Assembly (NCBI GenBank): GCA_965248055.1
Contig: CBDFIJ010000004.1
Span: 1,824,001 to 1,888,000 of the forward strand
Direction: 5' to 3'
From: Candidatus Multivoradales bacterium
Lineage (GTDB): Bacteria > Acidobacteriota > Thermoanaerobaculia > Multivoradales > JAHEKO01
DNA length: 64,000 nt
Both the position numbers and the translations under genes were made by a program. Position 1 is the first letter of the stretch; the number at the start of each line of letters is the position of its first letter. Of the stretch, positions 28,876-40,342 are shown in pieces. The notes under the pieces were generated by a model that was not told where the DNA came from, searched no databases, and saw only the letters and a list, made by a program, of their open reading frames with translations.

Positions 28876-29811
28876 TCAGCTACCTAGCGCAGTCGATTGT
28901 AGATCCTTAGCCATCCAACTGTCGCACGCCGAGTGCCCGGTGCATCCCATCGGGCCTTCCAAGGGTTCGAACCCATGCTTTGCGTACAACTTGCGCGCGT
29001 GATGCATCGAATCCAGGGTTTCGAGATAGCAGCGCTGATAGCCAATACTACGGGCGGCGTCCAACGATGCGTTCAGCACCCGAGTACCCATCCCGGTGCC
29101 GCGTAGTTCCGACAAAAAGTACATCTTTTTCAGTTCGCAAGTGTCGTCGTCCCCGCCTACCAAGGGTGCGATTCCACCGCATCCCAAAAGGCGCTCCTTT
29201 TTCGCCACAACAAAAAATGCCGCGCGGTCTCCTGCATAGGCCTGGTACATGTCGTCCACTTCCGGGTCTTCAATCGAATACCCCGGCCCCACCGCGCCAA
29301 ACTCCGTCATCACCTTGCGAATGACTCCCGCCACCACCGGGTTGTCCTTTGGCTCGATCGCTCGCAATGTAAAGCCACGGCTCAACCGCGCATAACGCAG
29401 TGCGCGCGCGTAGCGCGCCAGTCCGCGCACCACGATGACGCGCTCGGGTTCAGCAACGAACTGCAGCGCTTCATTGACCTGTTGATCGGCAACCAGGCTG
29501 ATGGTCTCCAGTTCTTTGATGCCATCCTGAGTGACCTGCAGTGGCTTTCGGCGGCGATCGCCGGAACGAGTTTGGCAAGTCACTAGGTGCTTCTTTTCCA
29601 GCGCCGAACAAACCCGGCTCACCGTCGATTTATCCAACACCAAACGCTCCGCAATCTCCACAATCGTTCCTTCACCTAGATTATTGAGCACAAATAGAAA
29701 GTGGGCTTCCGACAAGGACAACGGACCGCCACAGGCGATGCCCTCCAGCAAGTTGAGTTCACGAACTAATTGCCTGGACGCCTGTCGCACCGCTTGGGTC
29801 TCTGTCGTCAC
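28876..29811 (-). CDS. MarR-HTH / GNAT acetyltransferase fusion
   Basis: LDKSTVSR, DRRRK, CELKKMYF, CYLET; likely GTG start at 29811. Confidence 0.9.
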   Translation of the reverse strand: MTTETQAVRQASRQLVRELNLLEGIACGGPLSLSEAHFLFVLNNLGEGTIVEIAERLVLDKSTVSRVCSALEKKHLVTCQTRSGDRRRKPLQVTQDGIKELETISLVADQQVNEALQFVAEPERVIVVRGLARYARALRYARLSRGFTLRAIEPKDNPVVAGVIRKVMTEFGAVGPGYSIEDPEVDDMYQAYAGDRAAFFVVAKKERLLGCGGIAPLVGGDDDTCELKKMYFLSELRGTGMGTRVLNASLDAARSIGYQRCYLETLDSMHHARKLYAKHGFEPLEGPMGCTGHSACDSWMAKDLQSTALGS

Positions 29812-29831
29812 GAGGGCAGTATATTTGCATT

Positions 29832-29850
29832 TGGTTGTCTCCTGCAACCA
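29832..29850. promoter_or_regulatory. Putative autoregulatory operator TGGTTG-N7-CAACCA
   Basis: Inverted repeat just upstream of the MarR-GNAT gene. Confidence 0.55.
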
Positions 29851-29953
29851 CTTGGTTGTAACCTGTTTAAGTTAGTTCAGATTTACGCCCTGACTCTAGT
29901 AGTGACATGCTTATTGAGGTACCGATGCGGTGTTCAAATCAAGAGGCGATGCG

Positions 29954-31561
29954 ATGAAACGTGGCACTGATGTCCTAAACAACCCCTGGCAAAACAAAGG
30001 AACTGCCTTCACCCAAGAAGAGCGAGAGCGACTTCGGCTTCACGGACTGTTGCCGACGTCGGTCAGCACTCCAGCGCAACAAGTTGCGCGCACTCTTGAA
30101 AACTTACGGCGTAAAGAATCGGACCTGGAACGTTACGTCCTGCTGTCTTCTCTCCAGGGCCGCAATGAGCGCCTCTACTACCAAACCGTGATCTCCCACA
30201 TCGAGGAGATGATGCCGATCATCTACACCCCAACAGTCGGTCAGGCGTGCAAGGAATTCGCCCATATCTATCGCCAACCCAAGGGTTTTTATGTCACCCC
30301 TCAGGATCGCGGTGGAGTCCGAAAATTGCTCGACAACTGGCCAGAGACGGACATTCGGGTGATCGTGGTGACCGATGGCGAACGCATCTTGGGGCTCGGT
30401 GATCTCGGGGCCAATGGTATGGGAATTCCGATCGGCAAGCTGGCTCTCTACACCGCCTGTGGCGGCATTCATCCGCACCAATGTCTGCCGGTAATGTTGG
30501 ATATCGGTACCAATAATCAAGAACTGCTCGAGGATCCTCTCTATCTCGGTGTACGCCAACCACGACTGACCGGTGCCGCCTATGACGATCTGGTTGAAGA
30601 GTTCGTCTTGGCAGTGCAAGACGCCTACCCCAAAGCTTTGATTCAGTTCGAAGATTTTCTGACTCCCAATGCCTACGGGTTGCTGCAACGCTATCGAGAT
30701 CGGGCGTTGTGTTTCAACGACGATATTCAAGGAACCGCCGCGGTGGCTCTGGCCGGTGTCTTGGCCTCAACTCAAGGCACCCGGATTCCGTGGACTGAGA
30801 CCCGGGTGATGTTTGTGGGTGCCGGATCCGCCGCCACCGGCATTGGCGACCTGATGGTCCATTCTTGGACCGAAGACGGCCTGACCTCAGCGGAGGCCTA
30901 TGAGCGATTGAGTTTCGTTGATTCGCAAGGCTTGGTTACCTCGGGTCGCGACCATATCGCCGAGCACAAAAGACCCTATGCGCGAGACCAAGCTCCAGCC
31001 AGCTTGATCGAGGCGGTTGATCAACTCAAACCCCACGTCTTGATCGGCGCCACCGGTACCCCGGGCACCTTCACCGAGCAGGTCGTGAGTCGCATGGCCG
31101 AGCTCAACCCAACGCCGGTGATCATGGCTCTCTCCAACCCCACTTCCCGCGCCGAATGCACTCCTGAAGAAGCCTATCGATGGAGCCATGGTCAGGCGTT
31201 GTTCGCCTCGGGAAGTCCGTTTGATCCGGTGATCGTCGACGGCCAAGAAAGACGCCCCGCCCAAGGGAACAACGCCTATATCTTTCCCGGGGTCGGGTTG
31301 GGGGTGATTGCCGCACAGGCAACCCACGTCACCGACGCCATGTTCATGGCCGCCGCACGCAGCCTTGCGGAACATGTGACTCCCGCTTTGATCCAAACCG
31401 GATCGCTCTACCCACCCCTGACCGAGATTCGAGCTGTGTCTCGAGCCATTGCCATAGTCGTTGCAGAAATCGCCTTTGCCGAAGGTAGCGCACAACGGTC
31501 AAGGCCGGACCACCTGGAAGCTGAGGTCGAGGCATTGATGTGGTCACCGTCCTACGACTAA
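29954..31561 (+). CDS. maeA: Malic enzyme
   Basis: VTDGERILGLGDLG, IQFEDF, FNDDIQGTA, ALSNPT, QGNNAYIFPG. Confidence 0.95.
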   Translation: MKRGTDVLNNPWQNKGTAFTQEERERLRLHGLLPTSVSTPAQQVARTLENLRRKESDLERYVLLSSLQGRNERLYYQTVISHIEEMMPIIYTPTVGQACKEFAHIYRQPKGFYVTPQDRGGVRKLLDNWPETDIRVIVVTDGERILGLGDLGANGMGIPIGKLALYTACGGIHPHQCLPVMLDIGTNNQELLEDPLYLGVRQPRLTGAAYDDLVEEFVLAVQDAYPKALIQFEDFLTPNAYGLLQRYRDRALCFNDDIQGTAAVALAGVLASTQGTRIPWTETRVMFVGAGSAATGIGDLMVHSWTEDGLTSAEAYERLSFVDSQGLVTSGRDHIAEHKRPYARDQAPASLIEAVDQLKPHVLIGATGTPGTFTEQVVSRMAELNPTPVIMALSNPTSRAECTPEEAYRWSHGQALFASGSPFDPVIVDGQERRPAQGNNAYIFPGVGLGVIAAQATHVTDAMFMAAARSLAEHVTPALIQTGSLYPPLTEIRAVSRAIAIVVAEIAFAEGSAQRSRPDHLEAEVEALMWSPSYD

Positions 31562-31571
31562 AGTCGCAACC

Positions 31572-32117
31572 ATGAATCAGAACCCAGCCGCTACAGACCT
31601 TCGATACCCCATTGGTCAGTTCAAACCAGTAGACGACCCCCTAGCGGCACAAGTTTCCCAGTGGCTCGACCGGATCGAGGTGCTTCCAAGGGAGCTGCGC
31701 TCGGTGGTGGCAACGCTCTCTGAGGAGCAACTGGATACTCGGTACCGTCCCGAGGGATGGACGCTACGCCAGGTGGTACACCACTTGGTAGATTCCCACT
31801 TGAACGCCTATGTACGCTGCAAGTGGGCCTTGACCGAAGATTCGCCTGAGATCAAAACCTACCAAGAGGCTCTGTGGGCGGAGTTAGTGGACTATCGGGA
31901 CACACCGATCGAGGCCAGTCTTCAATTTCTGCAAGCGCTCCACGCGCGCTGGATCATTTTGTTGCGTGGCCTGTCCGAGGACCAACTGAGACGGAAGTTT
32001 CAACATCCCGAATGGGGTGCAGTGGATATTCGAACCACTTGCGGCATCTACGCCTGGCATGGCCGTCATCATTTGGCCCACATAACCCAAACCATCGAGC
32101 GCCAAGGGTGGATCTGA
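31572..32117 (+). CDS. YfiT/BstA DinB-family thiol transferase
   Basis: YPIG, GWTLRQVVHHLVDSH, YAWHGRHHLAHI. Confidence 0.92.
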   Translation: MNQNPAATDLRYPIGQFKPVDDPLAAQVSQWLDRIEVLPRELRSVVATLSEEQLDTRYRPEGWTLRQVVHHLVDSHLNAYVRCKWALTEDSPEIKTYQEALWAELVDYRDTPIEASLQFLQALHARWIILLRGLSEDQLRRKFQHPEWGAVDIRTTCGIYAWHGRHHLAHITQTIERQGWI

Positions 32118-32196
32118 TCCGAGCTATCGACACATGGTACACAATGGCATCGCTCAGAATCGCAACGTACTGAAGACGGCAACCTAAAGAAAGACA

Positions 32197-32607
32197 ATGC
32201 ACAGAGTCACTATCCCAGTTTTGGTGGTGATCCACTTGGTTGCCATCGCCTGGCACGGCGAGGCGCACATAGCTCTGGCCATCGACCTACCTGCAGCCAA
32301 AGATCTGTTCGTCTACACAGTGATTCTCGGGCTTCCGATCTTGGCTGCCATCTTGGTTCAAACCAAGCGCTTTCGGGTCTTTGGAGTGGCGGTCTTCTCA
32401 GGAGCAATGTTCGCGTCTTTCTTGTTTGCTGGCTACCACCACTACGTCCTGATCTCACCCGATCACATTGCCCATCTGCCAACCGGGTCTGCAAATGTGA
32501 CCCAGTCCTTTCTCGATAGCGCCGCTGTGATCGGCTTTCTCGATGCTTCGTTCTCGGTCTATGGCGCTTTTGCCGTGGGTCGTCTTACTGCAATCGATCG
32601 AGGCTAG
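32197..32607 (+). CDS. Hypothetical membrane protein
   Basis: Four hydrophobic helices, WHGEAH and YHHYVLISPDHI motifs. Confidence 0.75.
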   Translation: MHRVTIPVLVVIHLVAIAWHGEAHIALAIDLPAAKDLFVYTVILGLPILAAILVQTKRFRVFGVAVFSGAMFASFLFAGYHHYVLISPDHIAHLPTGSANVTQSFLDSAAVIGFLDASFSVYGAFAVGRLTAIDRG

Positions 32608-32640
32608 GTCGCTTCAGAAGCCGCTCCCCCCCTCTGGCCC

Positions 32641-33504
32641 ATGCGCTGCGCCTTCCTCACCACCGACAAGGACGGCCTAACCGACGATGATCAACTCGCT
32701 GCGACCTTGATCAGCGACCTGGGCGGTCGAGTGACCCCAGTGGCTTGGCAGGCGGCCGACACAAACTGGTCCGCTTACGACCGAGTAGTGGTCCGCTCCA
32801 CCTGGGACTACCACCTTGATAGCGAGGAATTTATGAACCGGCTGGCTGAGATCGAGGAAAGCGGAGTGGATCTGCGTAACCCCTTGGAGTTGATCCGCTG
32901 GAACGTACCAAAGACATACCTTCAAGACTTGCAGACGAGTGGAATCTCGATTGTTCCCACGGTTTGGCGAGAGGGATTGAAGCCAGGGGATCTGAATGCC
33001 TTGATCAAAGAAGTTGGTACAGAGCAGGTGATTCTCAAGCCGGTGGTTAGCGCCAGCGCCGAAGGACTGGTGGTGGTCGAGTCGAAGATGGTGGACGAGG
33101 TCAGGCCGGGAGTCGAGAGGTCTTTCTCTGAACGACCCTTGATGGCACAACCGTTTGTTGACGCCGTGACGACCGAGGGAGAGTTTTCTCTGGTCTATTT
33201 TGACGGCCATTTTAGTCACGGAGTGGTCAAGAAACCTCAAGCCGGTGACTTTCGGGTACAACAAGATTTCGGCGGCCGCAGCCGCGCCGTTGATCCTGAA
33301 CCAGCCTTGTTAGAAACCGCCAATCAAATACTGGCTACGCTACCCACAATACCCACCTACTCCCGCGTCGATCTCGCTCGCTCCAACCACGGTGATAATT
33401 TCTGGCTTATGGAACTGGAACTGATTGAGCCCGAGTTGTTCCTGGGGTCCGATCCGCAAGCAGCCAGGCGATTCGCCCAAGCGGTCATCACGGAACGACG
33501 TTGA
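32641..33504 (+). CDS. RimK-like ATP-grasp protein
   Basis: RSTWDY, LKPVVSA, GDFRVQ, LMELELIEPELF. Confidence 0.9.
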   Translation: MRCAFLTTDKDGLTDDDQLAATLISDLGGRVTPVAWQAADTNWSAYDRVVVRSTWDYHLDSEEFMNRLAEIEESGVDLRNPLELIRWNVPKTYLQDLQTSGISIVPTVWREGLKPGDLNALIKEVGTEQVILKPVVSASAEGLVVVESKMVDEVRPGVERSFSERPLMAQPFVDAVTTEGEFSLVYFDGHFSHGVVKKPQAGDFRVQQDFGGRSRAVDPEPALLETANQILATLPTIPTYSRVDLARSNHGDNFWLMELELIEPELFLGSDPQAARRFAQAVITERR

Positions 33505-33917
33505 TGCCCAGCGCGGGTTATTCAGCAACGCCTCTGGCGAAAAAACTGGGGATCAAGCAAGGGTCTCGCGTTCGCACCTCAAACGCGCCCAATCACTACC
33601 TGGCTCTTCTCGACCCGATTCCATCGTCGGTGGTGATCTCCAACCGGCTACGCACCGAAATTGACCTTTGGCATCTCTTTACTGTTTCGAGAAAGCAACT
33701 CCAAAATCAGTTGCCGAACCTGCGCAACCAGATTCGACAGAACGGCATGATCTGGGTTTCTTGGCCCAAAAAGGCATCCAAGGTTGCTACCGACGTCACC
33801 GAAGACACGATCCGCAAGATCGCCCTGCCATTGGGGCTAGTGGACGTCAAAGTCTGTGCTGTCAATGAAGTTTGGTCCGGGCTCAAGTTGGTCATCCGCA
33901 AAGAACTGCGAACCTAA
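33504..33917 (+). CDS. DUF3052 protein
   Basis: GYSATPLAKKLGIK, WVSWPKKAS, VDVKVCAV. Confidence 0.9.
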   Translation: MPSAGYSATPLAKKLGIKQGSRVRTSNAPNHYLALLDPIPSSVVISNRLRTEIDLWHLFTVSRKQLQNQLPNLRNQIRQNGMIWVSWPKKASKVATDVTEDTIRKIALPLGLVDVKVCAVNEVWSGLKLVIRKELRT

Positions 33918-33956
33918 GACTTGATTATCCCTGCCGGAAACAAATCTCAGGGCGTA

Positions 33957-36383
33957 TCAAGGACAGGGGGTTAGATGAACGGAAAAGTTCGCGCCGTTGG
34001 CAACCGTGAATCCGTTCTCCATCATCACCACATTGCCAGCCCCGAATTCGACCGTTTCGGCAACACCAACGGTGTACCCGGAGCCAGCGGTAATCGAGTT
34101 GGTGGCACGAAAAAAGGTACCCGACCCATTGTCTACCAACGCGAGGTTGATGTCTGTGACACAACCGCAAGTAAACAGATTCACGTCATCAACAAACCAA
34201 CCATAGTCATCGAAGATGCTGTCGGTCCCGACGTTAAACCGATAGTGGAAATTGGTTCCTGCGAGTGAACTCAAATCAATCTGGGTGGCGGTAAACCCCC
34301 AGCTCTCACCGACAAACGCCGATTGTCCGCCCAATGGATTGCCAAAGCTGTTGCTCACCGTTCCGCCATAGGCTTGGCCTGCCAAGATCAAGCCACCTGC
34401 GTCAGTCCATGTTGATCCACCGTTGGTGCTGTACTCAACGACTCCGCCGTCCCAGTAAGTGGTCGGGAAGGTATTCTCAAAGCCAAAGGAATGATTGAAC
34501 TGCAAGCGAGCATTGGCCGGCAGCGGGTTGGCTCCGGCAAAAGACTGAATCAAGCTGCCGGTGGTCGGTCGGTTGTAGCCCCAAGCGCTGGTGGTGCCGC
34601 TGGTGGCAAATGGGCCCAACAAGCTGTTGGTGCCATTGGCGCACCATGCTGTCGGCAGAGCTCCACCGGGGCACGCTGCCAGCCCTCCACCACCCGAGAA
34701 ATCCTGCGTCGACAACGTAGTCAAGGTCACTCCTGGGTCGCAAAATGCCGGCACCTCCGCTTGGGTCGGTGGAGTACACGACCAGGGGTCGTTCATCTCA
34801 ACTGCAAGTAGAGACTTACCCACTTCGGCACAGTCTGAACCGGTAATTCCGGCGGTACCGACCAGATCCAAGCAAGATTGAAACAACGCATTGTAGTTAT
34901 CTAAAAAATCGGAAGCAGAAGTTAAGTACTGGGAGAGAGCACGGTACTGAACCTTCCCTGCCTTAGTGAGTCCGATACCGGCCACGGTAAAGCCGTTGTA
35001 GGTGCCTCCATCCACCATCAAAGCGTAAGCGTGGTTGGGAATGCCGCTGTTGGTATGCACTCCTCCTTGGTCCTCAAACTGACCTCCTCCTCCGTTACAA
35101 ACGAGTTCATCGCTCATTTTGCCCGGATCTTCGTAAGTTGAAGGATCCATCATGTCGCGGATAGCTCCGATATCCTCACCCAGAAGCCAGCGGTTTTCGG
35201 CTCCGCCAGCACCTCCAGTATTGGTCAAATCTACCGTCTCGCCAAAAATGTCAGAGTACGATTCATTCAAAGCGCCACTCTGCATGTAATAGAACAGATT
35301 CGCGGTCCGCTCGGTGACCGCGTGGGTGAGTTCGTGGGCAACCACATCATCGGCAACCGGGAATCCGTCGCCGTAAACCATTTGGCTACCGTTCCAAAAC
35401 GCATTAGCAAAAGGGCAACTCCCGGCGTCCGGGCAAAAATGAACCGACGAAACCAATGTGGCGCCCGCGTCATCATAACTATCTCGTCCGTGCTCGGTGA
35501 AAAAATAGTCGTAGGTGTCGCCCGAATACGTATAGGCCAAGTCAGTATCGCTATCGCCAGTGGCGGCGCCCCCTTCACTGCGCACAAGAGCTCCGGGCAG
35601 TGTGTCGTAGACCCCATCGCCAGGATCGTCGGCATCGTAGATCTTGCGATCTTTGGCATCGGTCAGTTGGCTGAATTGCAACAGCTTCTTCCCGGCTAAG
35701 GCGTCGATCCAGATGAACTCTCTTAAATTCACTTTTCGCGCTTCGATGAACCAAGCGAGTCGGGTCGCTGATGTCCGTTGGCTGAGGTGGCCTTTGTTGA
35801 GCAGTTCTAATCTAGGCTCACTCAACGTCGCGCCGATAACGCCCATTTCTTCCGTAAGCAATTCGCTGGCAATTTCGGCCACACGCTGAGGCGAAATCCT
35901 TGGAGTTACCTCTACATCGCCAAAATCCACCACCGCTTTGGCGTTCGCCGCCACAACCCCAGAACCCCTCAGATGCACGATCACCTCGCCACCCGTGATC
36001 GGCACACCCTGATGCGTTTGCCGAAAACGCACGTGTTCCATACCCACTTGGTCGAAGCCTGACACCCCTTCGACGACAAGATCTTCTGCTGCTACGCCAA
36101 AGGCTGAGCCGAACCGCGAAACGAATTCTAGGGCGCGCTCGTTCGCCGGTGCAGCAATATCAGCCCGAACCGCGATCGACTGACCTGGTTGGGTGGAGAC
36201 GAAGGTGATAAAGCCGGTCCTATCCGAAACGGTGGTCCTTACGCCGCCCCGTGCATCGATCTCCATTTGATCGATCAGATCGGCGACCCGAGCCGATCTT
36301 CCCTGCGCGGCAAGTGAGGTTCCAATCGCGGAAAACAGGCAGCATACGATCGCCACCGACAATGCTCGATTCACTTTGTACAT
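33957..36383 (-). CDS. Secreted M4 (thermolysin-like) metallopeptidase with C-terminal accessory domains
   Basis: Signal peptide from MYKVN, FTP propeptide, NAFWNG, AHELTH, GALNESYSD, GVHTNSG. Confidence 0.93.
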   Translation of the reverse strand: MYKVNRALSVAIVCCLFSAIGTSLAAQGRSARVADLIDQMEIDARGGVRTTVSDRTGFITFVSTQPGQSIAVRADIAAPANERALEFVSRFGSAFGVAAEDLVVEGVSGFDQVGMEHVRFRQTHQGVPITGGEVIVHLRGSGVVAANAKAVVDFGDVEVTPRISPQRVAEIASELLTEEMGVIGATLSEPRLELLNKGHLSQRTSATRLAWFIEARKVNLREFIWIDALAGKKLLQFSQLTDAKDRKIYDADDPGDGVYDTLPGALVRSEGGAATGDSDTDLAYTYSGDTYDYFFTEHGRDSYDDAGATLVSSVHFCPDAGSCPFANAFWNGSQMVYGDGFPVADDVVAHELTHAVTERTANLFYYMQSGALNESYSDIFGETVDLTNTGGAGGAENRWLLGEDIGAIRDMMDPSTYEDPGKMSDELVCNGGGGQFEDQGGVHTNSGIPNHAYALMVDGGTYNGFTVAGIGLTKAGKVQYRALSQYLTSASDFLDNYNALFQSCLDLVGTAGITGSDCAEVGKSLLAVEMNDPWSCTPPTQAEVPAFCDPGVTLTTLSTQDFSGGGGLAACPGGALPTAWCANGTNSLLGPFATSGTTSAWGYNRPTTGSLIQSFAGANPLPANARLQFNHSFGFENTFPTTYWDGGVVEYSTNGGSTWTDAGGLILAGQAYGGTVSNSFGNPLGGQSAFVGESWGFTATQIDLSSLAGTNFHYRFNVGTDSIFDDYGWFVDDVNLFTCGCVTDINLALVDNGSGTFFRATNSITAGSGYTVGVAETVEFGAGNVVMMENGFTVANGANFSVHLTPCP

Positions 36384-36504
36384 ATTTCTTAGCCCCTCAA
36401 GAAAAGTCAACATCGGCCAACCTAGCAAACTTGAACCGAAGCGTGCTTCTCCCAGAAAACGTTGCTGCACGCCCAAATCGTAGCATCCAAATCCCGTCTA
36501 GCTA

Positions 36505-37733
36505 CTAATTTGTCGGGGTGGCGGGTTGACTTGCGTCCATCGCCGAAGGGTCAGACAGAGCGAGAAGAAGTTGAATCAGGTCTGCTTTCTCTTCCCCGCT
36601 GAGATCGAAACCACCGATCAAGGGACTCTTATGGGGATTGTGCTCGCCTGCACCACGACCCCCGGCAGCGTAGAACTCAAGGACCTCTTCCAAGCTCTCA
36701 ACACTGCCATCGTGCATATAGGGAGCGGTGTACTCAACGTTGCGCAGGGTCGGTGCCCGAAACCGACCCATGTCGTTACTCCGACCGGTCTGTTCAAGTA
36801 ATCCTCGACCACCGATCGGATACGCACCTTGTCCATCTAGGTCGTAGAGACCAGTGTTGTGGAAGACCTCCGGATGTTCCGGTCTTTGTTTTCGTCTCGC
36901 TGCGCCGTCCTCATACTGCCGCTGAAAAGCGGAGCTCTATGGCACTCTGAGCAGCGCGTACGATCCGAGAAGAATAACTCCATACCGCGCTGCGCCGAGC
37001 GGCTTAGCGCTTCCTTTTGGTCCCAGAAGACGTACCGGTCGTAGGCTGAGTTCCCCGAGAGGATGGTCCTTACGAACGACGCCAGCGCTTTGCGAATATG
37101 GAGCCAGCGAATGGGTCGTCGAGAGTTGGGGAATGCAGCCCGAAACCCAGCTTGGTATTCCGCGTCGCTTTTCAGTTTCTTCAGCACCTGGTCCCGGTTC
37201 CCAGCAAGGCCCAGTTCCACCGGATCTCGATTGAACATCGGCACCAGGACTTGGTCCTCCAGTCGTGTGGTTTTTGAGTCAGCCCAATTGAAACTCTGGT
37301 TGTAAGCCACGTTGACTAGACTCATCGCACTGCGCGGATGTTGTTCACCGGTCGATCCAACCGATCTGGCGAGACCGTCGGTGAATGCCAACTCTGGTCG
37401 ATGGCAACTGGCGCAGGAATAGGTTTGATTGCCAGAAAGGCGGGTGTCGTAGAACAGGCGACGACCAAGCTCGACTTTCGCTTGTGACATTGGGTTGTCC
37501 CGAGGCACAAACGGTACCGGGAAACCCGCCGGGAGATCCCAGGTGTAATTGCCCGAGTCTTTCTCTACGTCAACTCGCCTAGATGTCAAACACGCGGTGG
37601 ACAGGACGCTCAGCAATGCAACGCTAATGATCCTCGTCCCTCGCAGGAATTTGAGCAGTGTTACCAGTTGTCGGAAGAGTCGACCAATAGCGACGCTGTC
37701 TGGTTGGCGACTTGAGCCCGTTTTTTCACCCAT
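36505..37733 (-). CDS. MbnH/MauG-family di-heme enzyme, one frameshift near 36890
   Basis: LGRRLFYD, CASCH, CSECH; the second frame continues FHNTGLYD...DMGRFRAPTLRNV..TAPYMHDGS. Confidence 0.88.
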
Positions 37734-38317
37734 GCACCAAACTCTACGACTTCGGCTCCTGGTTTATCCTGTTGACTGAGCCAGGTCTGCGCCGCCTTGA
37801 TCAATTGATCGGCTTTTTCGCGGTCGGAACGAAACAGCTCCATGTACGCAGCTTTAACTTCATCAAGCCGACCCAAGCCCAGGTAGGCTTCAGCGCGGTA
37901 CTCGATCGCTTCGGTGTAGAGCGGATTTAGGGTGAGAGCTTGATTGTAGGCGTTGATGGATTGGTCGAATTGCCCCGTCTTGCGCAACACGTATCCCAAA
38001 CTGCTGTGCGCTTGGTACATGCGCGGGTCGGCTTTGAGCGCGACACGCAAGGTATTTTCCATTTTCTTGTACTTGGACGCCGCTTTTTTGAGCAGTTTCT
38101 CGGCTGCTTCCGGATCTTCCCCTGCGCGTGCTTCCAGTTTCCAAGCTTGATCCCGAAAGTGTAAAGCGCGGTTGTAGCTGTCTTCTGCGGTGGCAGTCGG
38201 ATTCTCTGTTGCAGGGGCAGTGGAAGATGGGGTTTTGGATCCACCGGCAGCTTGAAGGGTGGCTGCCGCGAGCGCAATGGCCAGAATCCAACCTAGGGTG
38301 AAATTTATCTGTTTCAT
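37661..38317 (-). CDS. Exported TPR protein
   Basis: Signal peptide MKQINF...AA; TPR motifs AHSSLGYVLRKTG and EAIEYRAEAYLGLG. Confidence 0.85.
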   Translation of the reverse strand: MKQINFTLGWILAIALAAATLQAAGGSKTPSSTAPATENPTATAEDSYNRALHFRDQAWKLEARAGEDPEAAEKLLKKAASKYKKMENTLRVALKADPRMYQAHSSLGYVLRKTGQFDQSINAYNQALTLNPLYTEAIEYRAEAYLGLGRLDEVKAAYMELFRSDREKADQLIKAAQTWLSQQDKPGAEVVEFGAWVKKRAQVANQTASLLVDSSDNW

Positions 38318-38517
38318 GTTCTTGTCTCCTGGTACCGATGGTCGTAGCCTCGCTTGGCGAGCGCCAACGATACCGCTAGTACGCTCTTCAGCCCACCTTT
38401 GGTTCTGCAATCTTGGTGTTCACCGCTCGTCTCCTGGCTCTATTGCTGGTAGGGTTTCACTTCCTGCTCAGGACGCCTGAGCAACCTCAAGACAATTATT
38501 CCCCGGAGACGCTCGCA

Positions 38518-40326
38518 ATGGATACTTCTGTCCGCACAGACTTACGCAACTTGGCAATTATCGCCCACGTCGACCACGGCAAAACTACGCTGGTCGACTC
38601 CATGCTTTGGCAAAGCGGCACCTTCGGCGACCATGAACATGTGCAAGAACGGGTGATGGACTCGATCGACCTGGAGCGTGAGAAGGGCATCACGATCATG
38701 GCCAAGAATACGGCCATCACCTACGACGGCACCCGCATCAACATCGTCGACACGCCGGGTCATGCTGACTTCGGTGGCGAAGTCGAACGGACCCTCAAGC
38801 TGGTCGATGGCGTCTTGCTGTTGGTGGACGCCAGCGAAGGGCCGCTGCCGCAGACGCGTTTTGTCTTGCGCAAAGCCCTAGAGGCGGGGCTGCCGCCAAT
38901 CGTGGTTATCAACAAGATCGACCGCGACGACGCTCGCATCGCCGAAGTGGTAGATGAAGTCTACGACCTGTTTATCGACCTGGATGCCACCGAAGAACAA
39001 CTCGACTTTCCAGTGCTCTACTCAATCGCTCGGGATGGTGTCTGCCGCACCGAAGCAGATGGCGAGAACCAAACACTGAAGCCGTTATTCGATCAGATTC
39101 TTGCCAGCGTACCCCCACCGCAGTACCACCCGGGGCACCCGTTGCAGATGTTGATCACCACCTTAGGTTACGATGATTTCGTCGGTCGCTTGGGGATCGG
39201 GAGAGTCTTTGAAGGGGAAATCGCCCAAGGGCAGCGCATCGCACGCTGCCGGTTCGACGGTTCGATTGAAGACCTCAAGGTGTCCCATCTCTACGGTTAC
39301 GACGGACTAAAACGGGTGGCGATCGACAAAGCAGGCCCGGGAGACATCGTTGGGGTCGCTGGGTTTGATGAGGTGGTGATCGGTGAGACCTTGAGTGACC
39401 TTGAGGATCCTCGCCCGCTGCCACCGATCCAGATCGACGAACCCACCTTGTCGATGGTGTTCTCGGTCAATGACTCTCCGGTTGCCGGAAAAGAAGGCAA
39501 GCACGTCACCAGCAACAAGCTGCGAGAACGGTTGCGGCGCGAGACCTGGACCAACGTTTCAATCCGCGTCGAGGAAGCCGAGGGCGGCTCCGGTTTTGTG
39601 GTCGCAGGCCGTGGTGAACTGCAGTTGGCGATTCTGATCGAGATGATGCGCCGCGAAGACTACGAGTTCTCCGTCGGCAAGCCGGAAGTGATCACCCGCA
39701 GGGACGAGAACGGCGCTCTGTTGGAGCCAATGGAGCGGCTGATCGTTGACTGCCCGGAAGAATTCGTCGGCGCGGTGACTCAGAATCTTGGGCCACGCCG
39801 CGGTCGCATGATGTTGATGACCAACCACGGCAGCGGTCGGGTCAAGATCGAGTTCATTGTTCCCTCACGCGGCCTGATCGGTTTCCGTACTGAGTTTCTG
39901 ACCGAGACCAAAGGTACTGGGATCATGAATCAGCTGTTTGAAGAATTCGGCCCCTGGCAAGGAGACATTCCCCAGCGCACCACCGGAGCATTGATCTCGG
40001 ATCGGACCGGACGAGTAACCGCGTTTGCCGTTGACCATCTGCAACCGCGTGGGATCTTTTTCGTCGCCCCCAACGATCAGGTCTATGAAGGGATGGTGGT
40101 TGGAGAGCACTCTCGCCCAGATGACTTAGACGTCAACATCACCAAGGAAAAGAAACTCACCAATATGCGCGCTGCTTCGGCCGATGACTTCGTGCGCCTG
40201 GTCCCGCCGACCATCTTGAGCCTGGAGCAGGCAATCGAGTTCATCGCCGAGGATGAACAGATCGAAGTCACGCCTAAAGCCTTCCGTTTGCGTAAACGAA
40301 TTCTCAAGGCCAATCAACGCAAGTAG
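38518..40326 (+). CDS. typA: Translational GTPase TypA/BipA
   Basis: [43 protein letters not shown]. Confidence 0.98.
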   Translation: MDTSVRTDLRNLAIIAHVDHGKTTLVDSMLWQSGTFGDHEHVQERVMDSIDLEREKGITIMAKNTAITYDGTRINIVDTPGHADFGGEVERTLKLVDGVLLLVDASEGPLPQTRFVLRKALEAGLPPIVVINKIDRDDARIAEVVDEVYDLFIDLDATEEQLDFPVLYSIARDGVCRTEADGENQTLKPLFDQILASVPPPQYHPGHPLQMLITTLGYDDFVGRLGIGRVFEGEIAQGQRIARCRFDGSIEDLKVSHLYGYDGLKRVAIDKAGPGDIVGVAGFDEVVIGETLSDLEDPRPLPPIQIDEPTLSMVFSVNDSPVAGKEGKHVTSNKLRERLRRETWTNVSIRVEEAEGGSGFVVAGRGELQLAILIEMMRREDYEFSVGKPEVITRRDENGALLEPMERLIVDCPEEFVGAVTQNLGPRRGRMMLMTNHGSGRVKIEFIVPSRGLIGFRTEFLTETKGTGIMNQLFEEFGPWQGDIPQRTTGALISDRTGRVTAFAVDHLQPRGIFFVAPNDQVYEGMVVGEHSRPDDLDVNITKEKKLTNMRAASADDFVRLVPPTILSLEQAIEFIAEDEQIEVTPKAFRLRKRILKANQRK

Positions 40327-40342
40327 CGATAGCATCGCGGCT

